From the NCBI RefSeq assembly GCF_009914755.1, contig NC_060937.1: a DNA stretch of 64,000 nucleotides; one strand, written 5' to 3'. The notes under the pieces were generated by a model that made no database searches, was not told the origin of the DNA, and worked only from the letters and a program-made list of their open reading frames with translations. The stretch is from the human T2T-CHM13v2.0 reference genome, Homo sapiens. Within the stretch, counting starts at the first letter, position 1; every line of letters begins with the position of its first letter. Position numbers and translations under genes: made by a program. Below are positions 1-64,000 of the stretch, one piece after another.

Positions 1-835
1 AGTGGCTGTTTCAATTCTAGGCCTTCATAGCTGCAAGAGCTGTAATGTTTTCTCTCTCACTGGCTTAAGCAGCAGTAACACCACCAAAGGGGCACTAACA
101 GCCTATGTGAAAAGTGTTTTTCTTGCCAGGACTGGCTTTGTCCTTGAAAAGCAGTAACCCAGGCAAGCACTAAAATGCACTTGACTATTTTCTGGACTTG
201 GCATGCATGTCAAGAAACAGCACACCAGCTGCAAATAGTTCTCATTTAGCCTTGCAGATAGAAAAAAGATTCTATAAAATTTCAGATTGCCACCTCTACT
301 CCCTTCCAATAGAGGATGGTTTCCCATTCATTCTGCCATTGTAACACAGCATCCCTGACAGATGTCCATCAGCCTAGCCTCTGTTTGAATAGCCCCTGTG
401 ATGGGCTCACTAGTTACCAATAATATTTGTTTCATTGCCAAGGATATTTGTTCCACAGGGATTCATTAGAGTATTTTTTTGTAGGTGTAACCAAAAGGGA
501 TTTCTTTGTTATTTTTACCCCTGGCCTTTACTTTTGCCTTTAAAGTAAATGATATTAAGCCATGCTCCCTTTTTAGGCACGTGGCATTTTTCCTATATGA
601 CATTCAGGTTTAAGGACCTCAGCTCCTGTCATGTCCACTTTGCCAATCAGTTCCATTCTTGTTGGTTAAAACTAAATCCAGAAGGGCAAAAATCTCTTTA
701 GCTGCCTGTTTTTCAAATGTACCCCATATTACTTCACAATGACACAGATATGATTACTTTTGATCAGGCCCCAAGTTGTGTGTAGGTTTTGAATGTCCAC
801 TTGCACACAGTTTACTTACTAAAAGGCATGGACAT

Positions 836-1212
836 TGGCAAAGTTTGGTTTTGTGTTCCTGCCCAAATCTCATGTTGAATTGTAATCCCCAGTGTTGGAG
901 GAGAGGTCTGGTGAAAGAATACTGTATGTATCACAGGGGTGGTTTCTAATGGTTTAGCACCATTTCCCCCAGGTTGTTTAAAAGTGTGTAGCACCTACCT
1001 CTCCCACCCCACTCAGTCTGTTTCTCCTGCTGGCCATTGAAGATGTCCTTGCTTCCCCTTTGTCTTCCATTATGATTGTAAGTTTCCTGAGGCCTCCTTA
1101 GAAGCAGAAGCCTGCACAGCCCACAGAAACATGAGCTGATTAAACCTCTTTTCTTTATGAATTACCCAGTCTCAGGTAGCTCTTTATAGCAGTGTGAGAA
1201 CAGACTAATACA
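836..1212 (+). mobile_element. MaLR solo LTR (MST-like)
   Basis: TG...CA termini; 5-bp TSD GACAT (831-835 / 1213-1217); typical attaaacctcttttcttt...cagactaataca end. Confidence 0.88.
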
Positions 1213-2062
1213 GACATCTTCAGCTTCAGCTGGAGTTATTCTTTCCAGGTGGGCACTTTCACACAGCTCATTAATTGACCCCAGTTGACCTTCTACAATT
1301 CCATCAGATTTTCTTATTTCTTGTTCACATCCTCCATGTGGACATTTAGGAATTAAACACCATACACACTTGCAGCATTGTTTCATGCTGCCCCTTCTAC
1401 TTGTCTGATAGATATGACTCTTTGAGACAAAGTGCACTTTCTAATTGGAGTCTTTTGGTGCTTGATTCTTTCATGTAATATCTTGGATATAACCATGAGA
1501 TTGTACTTTTTTGTGTTAAAATGTCCAGGTCACATTCTTATGCATGCCCCATGCAGTGGGACATCAATATTGGACCCATTTTTCCATTAGTGCACTTGGG
1601 AATTACTGGACCCCTTCTCTTCTGGGCCTTTGCATGAGGTCCCTCACTCTGTGTGTGAAGCCAGTGAATCTCCTACTAAATCCTCTTTCTAGGCACTGGG
1701 AACATATTTCTTCTCTTTCTAGGAACTCACCATTCTGGTATTATATGCTGTGCTCCATTAAATCAAAGGTTTTGTATTGACACTACCTTTATTCGCCACC
1801 AGACACCAAGTCATTTGTTCCCACTTCAATAATTGAGGGAAGTGACTGATGTATTTGCTGGGCCTTGGAAGGCTGGTCAGTGTTGTTCATCTTCATAAAG
1901 CGCTGATTGCAATTATTCCTGTTGTTCGAAAGCATTCTGTGCTTCCGTCTTTGCAAGGTTGAAGGGAAATTCTTAGGCCTGCCATTATAAACTAATGTAT
2001 AATCTGGTCTGTATCCAAGTCATCTTCTATGACATTATTTTTTCTTTTTGCTGAGGTATAAT

Positions 2063-2377
<315 letters not shown>

Positions 2378-2926
2378 TAAACGGTGAAGTACACAAATCT
2401 TAAGTGTACGGTGTGGTGGACTGCTACACTGTGCCTGGGTAACCACCATCCTGATTAAGACAGAAAATACTCCGGTAACCCAGTGCTCCCTCATGCGCCG
2501 TCCTAGTCAATGCCCTCTCAAAGGTAACCACTATTCTGAATTCTATCACCATACATTCGTTTTTTTGCCTGTTTTTATAACTTTATGTAAATGGAATCAT
2601 ACTGTATGTGCTCTGCAAGTCAGCTTAACTAAACCCTTTTCGTTGTAAGCCACCTCTTTGTGTGTTAACTCTATCTAGGATTCGATTGTAAACTCTTCAA
2701 AGGAAGGAAGTGTGTTTTGTGACTCTTGATTATAGCCTTTATCAACTCTTTCCAAGATTACAGCCATAACTTCCCAACTGTCTTATCCAGTGGTGGTGTT
2801 TTTCAAGCCACCTTCTGGCCTGCTTCCTGCCTCATCTTCCTAGAGCACACATTCGTGCATACCTCTTGCTAAAAAAAAAATTCCAATGATGGATGATAAA
2901 ATCAAACTGTTGAAAATGAGATTCTA

Positions 2927-3115
2927 GACCAGCACTGTTCATTACAAATGCGTGCAAGCCACATATGTATTTTACATTTTTCTAGAAGCCACTAAAAAAA
3001 GGAACAGCTGGAATGAATTTTAATAATTTATTTTATTTAACCCAGTATAGCCAAAATATTCTCTGTGTAATCAACATAAAAAAGTATTGAAATACTTTCC
3101 ATTCTTTTTCTTGGT
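2927..3115. mobile_element. hAT-Charlie MITE fragment (MER33/MER3-like)
   Basis: ctaga-ccagcactgt start and AT-rich MER33-like body; recognised by eye. Confidence 0.5.
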
Positions 3116-3204
3116 GAGACTCAGTGGCCTCATCTGATAATATTTTGGATAATATTTTGTAGGTTTGTGGAAGATGAACACATCATGATGCTTGTGAAGC
3201 CCAT

Positions 3205-3701
3205 TGTATTCCTTTCCTGTTGCTGCTGTAACAAATCGCCACAGACCCGGTGGCTTAAAACAACACATTTATGATTGTGTAGTTCTGGAGATCAGAATTT
3301 TGAAATGTACTAACAGCAGAGTGTACATTCCCTGTGGAGCCTCCAGGGGAGAACCTGTGTTCACCTTTGCCAGCTCCCAGAGGCCACCTGCATTCCTTGG
3401 TGCCTGGCCCCTTCCTCCATCTTCAAAGCCGACAGTGTAGCATCTTCAAGTCTCTATCTCTGGCCTCTGCGTCTATCCTCACATCTCCTTCTCTGACCGT
3501 GACCCTCTTGCCTCTCTTTCCCATATTAGAACTCTTGTGATTACATGGGCCCATGGGGTCAATCCAGTGTACTCTTCCCATCACAAGATCTGTACCGTTA
3601 ATCGCATCTGCAGAGTCCATTTGCCATGTAAGGCAACATCTTCACATCCCAAGGGCTAAGACGTGGACAGATTTGGGGGGATGGTTATTCTGCCTGCCAT
3701 G
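3205..3701 (-). mobile_element. MaLR LTR (MLT1-like)
   Basis: tgtatt...gctgctgtaacaaat...ggcttaaaacaacac...gttctggag signature. Confidence 0.8.
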
Positions 3702-4419
3702 ACTGTGCAGGGCCACGGTAAGCCCTCAATAAATGCTTTGTCTAATGGTTATAAAACCTGGATTAAGGTCCTTAATAACATTGAATTATTTGCAGGATTC
3801 TGTATTTGTGTTCCATGGCTGTCTCATCCTACCACCTGGCAGAGCGCGCCACACATCTTGACAGACTCTCATGCAGTTCATTCATCAAGCGCCTTCTCTG
3901 TAGAAGTCGTGGTTACTAAACACCCTCATGAGAGTGTACTGTCAAGTGTGGACCTAGACCAGGTGTTCAAATATTTATTAAATTAACGAAGCAAAACAGC
4001 TTACCTGGTGCTTCTGAGGAACACGTTAATGCCTCAGTTCTCACCATCATCTCTCCCTGGAATGCCCTTTCCCACTTTTGCTTGTCAAAACTGATCTATC
4101 CTGAAAGACTATCTGCGTTGGCTTTTTTTTTTTAAATTAACAGATGAACATTGTATGTTTTAAATGAAGATATCTCTGACCTTGCTTGTTACTGGAGAAA
4201 CTTACTGTAAAATTGATGGCCTTTTCTTGAGCAATTTGATAACATTGTATGGTTACAGCGAGACACTAATCTTTAACCTTGGCTTTTTCTTTCATAATTT
4301 TTCTTCACTGTAACTCCCTCCAGCGTATATCTTTTTGTAGTCTTGTTATTTTTTTCTAAGCCACCCTAAGACATTTGAGAAATGAAGCCATAAGTAAGTC
4401 ATTTAAAATGTATTACCCT

Positions 4420-4930
4420 CCTGTGTCAGGCAGGTCCTCTAGGAAGCAGATGCCAAGATTAAGTTAGAAGTGCAGAAAATCTGTTGGGGGTAATCCCTAT
4501 GAAAGATAAAGTGATGAGGGAGCAGGAGTGGGCAGGGAGAGCCATTAGACTGTGATGCAGGTCTGGCATCTAGGAAAGAAGAGAGAAGGAAAGATTGGGT
4601 AGGAAAAGCCTCCGACTGCAGGGCAGCTGTAAGACAGTCTCAGTCGGCCTGAGTTCTTACGCAAGACCGCGCACGCAGGAGTGCCGCTTGGGCAGAAATG
4701 GCCAGGCCCGAGAACCCCATCTGAACTCTATCACAGGCTGGGGCTGCCCTGGAGGAGTGTGACATTGGGTCATATGTGGGGGTGATTAAAGCTGGAGGCT
4801 GTCAGCTAACTGGACTCCTTGAGGTGGGGCCTCCCCTGAAGGGAAATCTGGGTGGAGGTACCTCCTGACGACACTGAACACTCTTGGAGGCATATGCTGT
4901 CTTGTCCCCTGTGCAACCTTGGCCATACGA
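4420..4930. mobile_element. Old LTR remnant (MLT1J/K/L-like; family uncertain)
   Basis: GC-richer block starting tgtgtcaggcaggtcctctaggaagcagatgcc; recognised by eye only. Confidence 0.4.
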
Positions 4931-4954
4931 TAAGTGTCCTGAAATTTAAAACTT

Positions 4955-5105
4955 TGAGTACTGACATGCCTGATACCCAAATAAAATGCTCACTGGAGCA
5001 TTTTGGATTTCAGATTTGGGATGCTCAACTGGTAATGCAAATATTCCCAAACCTGAAAAAACCCGAAATCAGAAACACTTCTGGTCCCAACCATTTTGGA
5101 TAAGA
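4955..5105. mobile_element. Tigger-family MITE fragment (MER46-like)
   Basis: ggagcattttggatttcagatttgggatgctcaac...cacttctggtcccaa; similar to the element at 43270. Confidence 0.6.
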
Positions 5106-5798
5106 TGTATTTCATAAATTAGTATTTCTTTTCATAGAACTAGCAGTAATGTAACAATAATAGCATGATGTGATAGAGCTTGGGCTTTAAACCCAGAAAG
5201 CTGTGAATTCACATCTCAGGATTTTTTTTTCTGAAGCTAAACTACAGCTGGAATCTAGTGCAAATAATTTCTTTAAACAGCCAAAATGGGATTAATAATG
5301 CTTTACTCTCAGAGTTGCCAGGAGGATTAAATAAAATGCCTAATTTCACTGGCTGCCTTTTAGGAGGTGTTGAGTAAATGTCCTCTCCTTTGCTCTCTCT
5401 TGAATAGTTTATTGTGGGATAAAGCACTTTTGTATATACCTTCTCATTTGATTTTGATTTGGAATAATTTCTAATAAATTGAGATTTTAAAAGGTATGTG
5501 GCTGACTCAAGGCCACCCAAGCAAAAACAAGGCAGAACCAAGGCTTGAATTCAAAGCTTCTGGTTTCCATCCCAGCACTCTATGCACTATCGGCAGTTTT
5601 CAGGAAAATGAGCCGCAGTGTTCCATCATACAGCCAATAGCAGAAACACGTGATGATGTATAGGTAGAATACAGTGACACAGTGGGCAGGGAGATATATT
5701 GGGCTGAAAATCTGAAAAACAATACAAATTACTAAACATTCTGAATGAAAAGTGAATAAAGGGAGCATTGCATATATTTTATCAAATAAGCTTATTGA

Positions 5799-6109
5799 GG
5801 TTGGGTGCGGTGGCTCACACCTGTAATCCTAGCTGAGGCAGGTAGATCGCTTCAGCTCAGGAGTTTGAGACCAGCCTGGCCAACATGGTGAAACCCTGTT
5901 TCAATTACAAAAATTAGCTGGGCATGGTGGCTCGTGCCTGTACTCCCAGCTACTTGGGGCTGAGGTGGGAGGATCACTTGAGCCCAAAAGGCAGAGGTTG
6001 CTGCGAGCCGAGATAACGCCACTGCACTCCAGCTGGGGCGACAGAGTGAGACCCTTTCTTAAAAAAAAAAAAAAAAACCCAAAAAACTCAAAAAACCAAA
6101 AACCAAAAC
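5799..6109 (+). mobile_element. Alu (AluJ-like, small internal deletions)
   Basis: 16-bp TSD CAAATAAGCTTATTGA (5783-5798 / 6110-6125). Confidence 0.95.
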
Positions 6110-6707
6110 CAAATAAGCTTATTGATAAAATAGGGAGATTTTAGGCCTAAACAGTCTAGCCATAATACTAAGAAAAATGGCTTTTCCTAGGCTTGAAAAT
6201 ATAACGGAAAAACAATTTCTTTCCAGGAAGATTCACTGACATCTACCACTGTGATTCTGCTTTCTGTCTCCTGCCTTGGATGTTACATGCAGTGTTTGAA
6301 GGATGGTCCTTGTGTGTAGGATGCTTGAGCTAAAAATGCCTGCCAAAGCCACTCCTTCCTGTGCTTTGTCATAATTTATTGCTAAGATGTTTATGTTCTC
6401 TGGTTTTGAGGTGCTAGAGATCCTGACTAAAAGTGACTTCCTCATAAATGAAGATAAGTTGAAGTCATTGTGAGTATTCACTACACAGCTTTGATTTTAT
6501 CCCTTTCATAACTTGAGATGGCTTTTTTAGCCAAGCCATCTCAATAGTTTGTTTCTTTTCCTCTACGATTTACAAACTGAGCTGACCAGTTTGCCAGCAA
6601 AGTTAACTGACGCAAGATGGTATTCTTCGCAGCTATTAAGTGTCCATAAAGTCTCTTATCTGTGTGGCATTCTCAAGGTTAGTTTCATTCCTGTGGCCTG
6701 TGAATTT

Positions 6708-6753
6708 AAGTCAAATATACTGACAGTGTCAAGTCAAATATACTGACAGTGTC
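6708..6753. repeat. Perfect 23-bp tandem duplication
   Basis: AAGTCAAATATACTGACAGTGTC x2. Confidence 0.95.
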
Positions 6754-7233
6754 CTCACTGCATTCTCCCCTCCAGTTTTCTTGTAACAGCTTTAGTCTCT
6801 CTACGTACTTTGTGTTTTCTGGAAACATTTTCAGTCAATCCTAAGCTTGAACACTCATACTTACTGTTCTTTGATCATATTCTAGATTTTCCTACTTAGG
6901 TATTTCTCATGCCTTTCTCCACATCTCTGCTCCTTGAAATGCTACTTATTCTTCAAAAGGCAGCTTAAATGGCCTCTTAGCTACACTCCCAACGACAAAA
7001 CAATAATGATTTTTCCTAAATCCTGAAGCATTTGGCTTGGATATTTTTATGAAACTTATTAGAACATTCTGTAAAATAGTTACCTGTGCTCAGATCTGAT
7101 CTTTATTTTTTAAGTTCCTTCAAGGCAAAGATTGTTTTAAATTTCTCATAAATGCTTAACACAAATGTCATTAAATTTGTCAGTAATTCTATATTGACAA
7201 ATTAAGTTCTATATTTCCCACAGTTGGAATTTA

Positions 7234-7556
<323 letters not shown>

Positions 7557-7712
7557 AAAAGTTTTGCTAATCTGATGTATGATGAGTCAACAATCAATAA
7601 TTTGGCAATTTCATGACTCGAGTGTCAAAAAGATGTACCTAAACACACCGTTGTCTATAGAAAATGAATAAAAAATTAGTGATTTTATTACTTTATATGA
7701 ACTTCAAAAAGG

Positions 7713-8012
<300 letters not shown>

Positions 8013-8325
8013 TTAAAAATGCTGCTAGTTAAAATAGAAGTTAATTTCCTAAATGCTTTCTTCTGTCTTTGGTATGAATATATTTACCTACGAATATATA
8101 TATATATATTTATGATCTTCTGCTTAGGGTTTAAGATTCCAACATTGCACTTCATTACTATTCTTATTTTCTCTAACAGTTTTGAAAATTATGAATGTGT
8201 TGTGTTAGTAAATTTCTTTCTGAGGAAAACTGGACTTTTAGACCTTAAAGGTGTTCAAATTTTGTTTTTTAAACAATACCTCCCACAGTGGTAGACTTTA
8301 TCACTGTATAAAAATGTACAGTGGT

Positions 8326-8331
8326 TTTATT
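8326..8331 (-). terminator. Polyadenylation signal AATAAA with upstream UGUA element
   Basis: + strand tttatt; mRNA context GGAATGTACATGTC-AATAAA-ACCACTGTAC. Confidence 0.85.
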
Positions 8332-8383
8332 GACATGTACATTCCAATATGTTTACAGCTGCAAGATAATGAGGCACACTCAG

Positions 8384-8391
8384 TATTGCAC
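8384..8391 (-). promoter_or_regulatory. miR-25/32/92/363/367 family 8mer seed site (GTGCAATA)
   Basis: + strand tattgcac, in AU-rich context near the UTR end. Confidence 0.7.
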
Positions 8392-8487
8392 TTCATTAAA
8401 ATTTCAGGCTCAAACTTAACCTAGAAGTTTAAATGAAATTGCATTTGTAATTTAGTAATTCTTATACAGGACAAACATTGATATGTT

Positions 8488-8495
8488 TATATACA
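8488..8495 (-). promoter_or_regulatory. Pumilio response element TGTATATA
   Basis: Matches UGUAHAUA. Confidence 0.55.
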
Positions 8496-8852
8496 GTGTG
8501 ATACTTATTACATTTATATGCTGTCCTAACACAATGTTTTTTTTTTTTTTAAATAACAGTCTAGGAAATAAACCAGAATATTCCTCTTTTTATCCCCACC
8601 CGTGATGCAATTGTACAGGATTACAAAAAGGCAGTATACAATAAACAATGATTATTTTTCTTTTTTGCTTGAAAGCCAGCATCGTTCTTAGTCCATGGGC
8701 ATGGCGATTCTTTTATATCAATTATCTATAAATGTCCAATGCTTCACAGGCCAATGACGGTAATGGCCACATGCAAACACCTCACAAGTTTGATGTCATT
8801 TGTTCAAAAGAAGATAAACCAAAATAATGGGGAAACTTTTCATAGCAAGAAT

Positions 8853-8860
8853 TATGTACA
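8853..8860 (-). promoter_or_regulatory. Pumilio response element TGTACATA
   Basis: Matches UGUAHAUA. Confidence 0.55.
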
Positions 8861-9012
8861 TGGTATTTGGTATCCTTCTTGCACTGTGAATGGTTCATTT
8901 TCATGGATGTAAAAATGGTCCCGTCCTTATCCTGAGCAGAGTTTAAACTTCACCGCATCCTCTTGGGGGATGAAGGCAATTTTTCTCTCTGTAGACAAAG
9001 GATCTGCGTGTT

Positions 9013-62650
<53,638 letters not shown>

Positions 62651-64000
62651 CTGTATGGTCCATTTTACAGTGAAACTTATTAATAAAATTATAACTTACT
62701 GATAATTTAGCCACTAAACACTGAAATAAAAAAACATAGCTACAAAATTTATATTGTTTGTCATACATACTAAAATACTTGAAGAATAAAGGAAAGAAGG
62801 GGGAAATATTTCTAATAAAATTTCTACACATCATTACACAACATTACCACCAAAAACTATTTTCATGGACGCAAAACAACAGGTTGAACAAATCCAGTGT
62901 GAACTATCAGTGATATCTCAACCTCTGCCCTAGTGCAATAACTAGTTAGAATTTAAATTCAGTGAGGGACTAGAAAGAGACAGAAATTAATCTTTTGGGG
63001 AATAAGAAATTATTTAATGTGAAAACTTGTATTTTAAATGTAGAGTAGAGCTAAATTTCCAGCAGAGTGATACCTCGCATCCTTAGGGCAACGGTATGGG
63101 TTTTGTTGAATTAGAGAACTGAATTTATGCATAGACACAATTATAATTTTTAAGTGTATGCATACAATTAGGCTAACAAAGAGTTGCTTAAGAGGCACTC
63201 TGTTTTATGATCAGATTAGACTAGTTTACAATGAGCACATGAATGCCCTGAAGCTGTTATTTAATTATTTATAAACAGGTTACACTCCAAAAGTTCAGGA
63301 AGCTTAGCTGCTTAGAACTCAGAGCCTGTGTTCCCTTGGAAACCACAGAAACGGTGGATCCTCAGAATGAGTGGTAAAAGTCTGAACTGTGGACCCTCAA
63401 AACAAGGAGTCAGGAGAATGACAGAAAAACAGGATGAAAAGAAGAATCACCTCCCTTTTCTAAGGCAAAGCATTAGATGTTTCTGCATGGACATTAATTG
63501 TTTTTAGCACCCTGCCTTCATTCAGTGTCTCTCCTTCATTCTATTTTATGCTTTTCTTTGAGGCATTAGAGCCAGGCTGTCTGTGACCCAAGTAAATGGT
63601 ACAAACTTCAACATCACCTTTCCTCCTTAAAATAAAAACTTCTACTCTTAGTGCAAGTGATACCAGTTAGTTGTTAGGAGAAAAGCAATCTGACTGAAGG
63701 GTTTCAAGTGGTATAAAAAACTGAAAATCCATAAACCTATCTGGAAGTATTTATATTTTTTCAAAGACAGTTCCTAGGAAATTAAGGTAGATTTGTTAAC
63801 TGGCTATAACTGCATGTTATTATTTTTTAAAAGAAAAAAGGATGTGAACAAATTCAGATGATGTAGGAAAATGTTTTTTATGCTTCCGTGCATGTGTTAA
63901 GTGTGTATAGTCACGCTCTATTTCTCTATGGCTCAGGACAGTAGTGCTGGAGAATCTGCCCCAGTCTTTGTCAAGGGCAGGTATTTTTGTCTGTTACTCT

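Larger units (their letters stand above)
8290..9012 (-). other. MYCBP2: MYCBP2 3' UTR (~0.7 kb; exact 3' end uncertain)
   Basis: Repeat-free AU-rich stretch between the stop codon and AATAAA. Confidence 0.85.

Noticed and set aside
1213-2050. Possible ancient LINE or pseudogene coding remnant next to the MST LTR (91-aa ORF at 1162-1437)
   Set aside because: No homology I could establish by eye; needs Dfam or tBLASTx.
63074-63118. 45-nt AG...GT-bounded segment
   Set aside because: Poor pyrimidine tract, and a stop codon in the expected phase.

Overview
Human-type genomic DNA, rich in Alu, L1 and MaLR repeats. It holds the 3' half of MYCBP2 (PAM/Phr1/Highwire/RPM-1 family, RING-Cys-relay E3 ubiquitin ligase) on the minus strand. 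I traced 28 GT-AG-bounded coding exons by hand, from the 1,644-nt exon at 61007-62650 to the TAG stop at 9013-9015. Splice phases are consistent throughout, and the 5,897 coding nt give about 1,965 C-terminal residues: Ser/Pro-rich region, Cys/His module, DOC/APC10, B-box-like, RING-H2 and the tandem-cysteine catalytic domain. The 3' UTR runs to AATAAA at 8326-8331. Bases 1-8280 are repeat-rich intergenic DNA. Exon numbers E56-E83 assume the 83-exon reference model from memory. I see no new gene or prokaryote-style system. The best leads are all inferences needing RNA-seq or conservation checks: (1) an 8-nt frameshifting microexon candidate with RBFOX and CA-repeat context; (2) 9-nt and 21-nt microexon candidates plus a strong in-frame Kozak ATG just upstream of the giant exon; (3) a candidate spliced antisense transcript at about 39.4-41.7 kb; (4) competing hairpins at the poly(A) site; (5) an AluY with a triplicated left arm; (6) a ~75-bp locally templated insertion at an L1 breakpoint.
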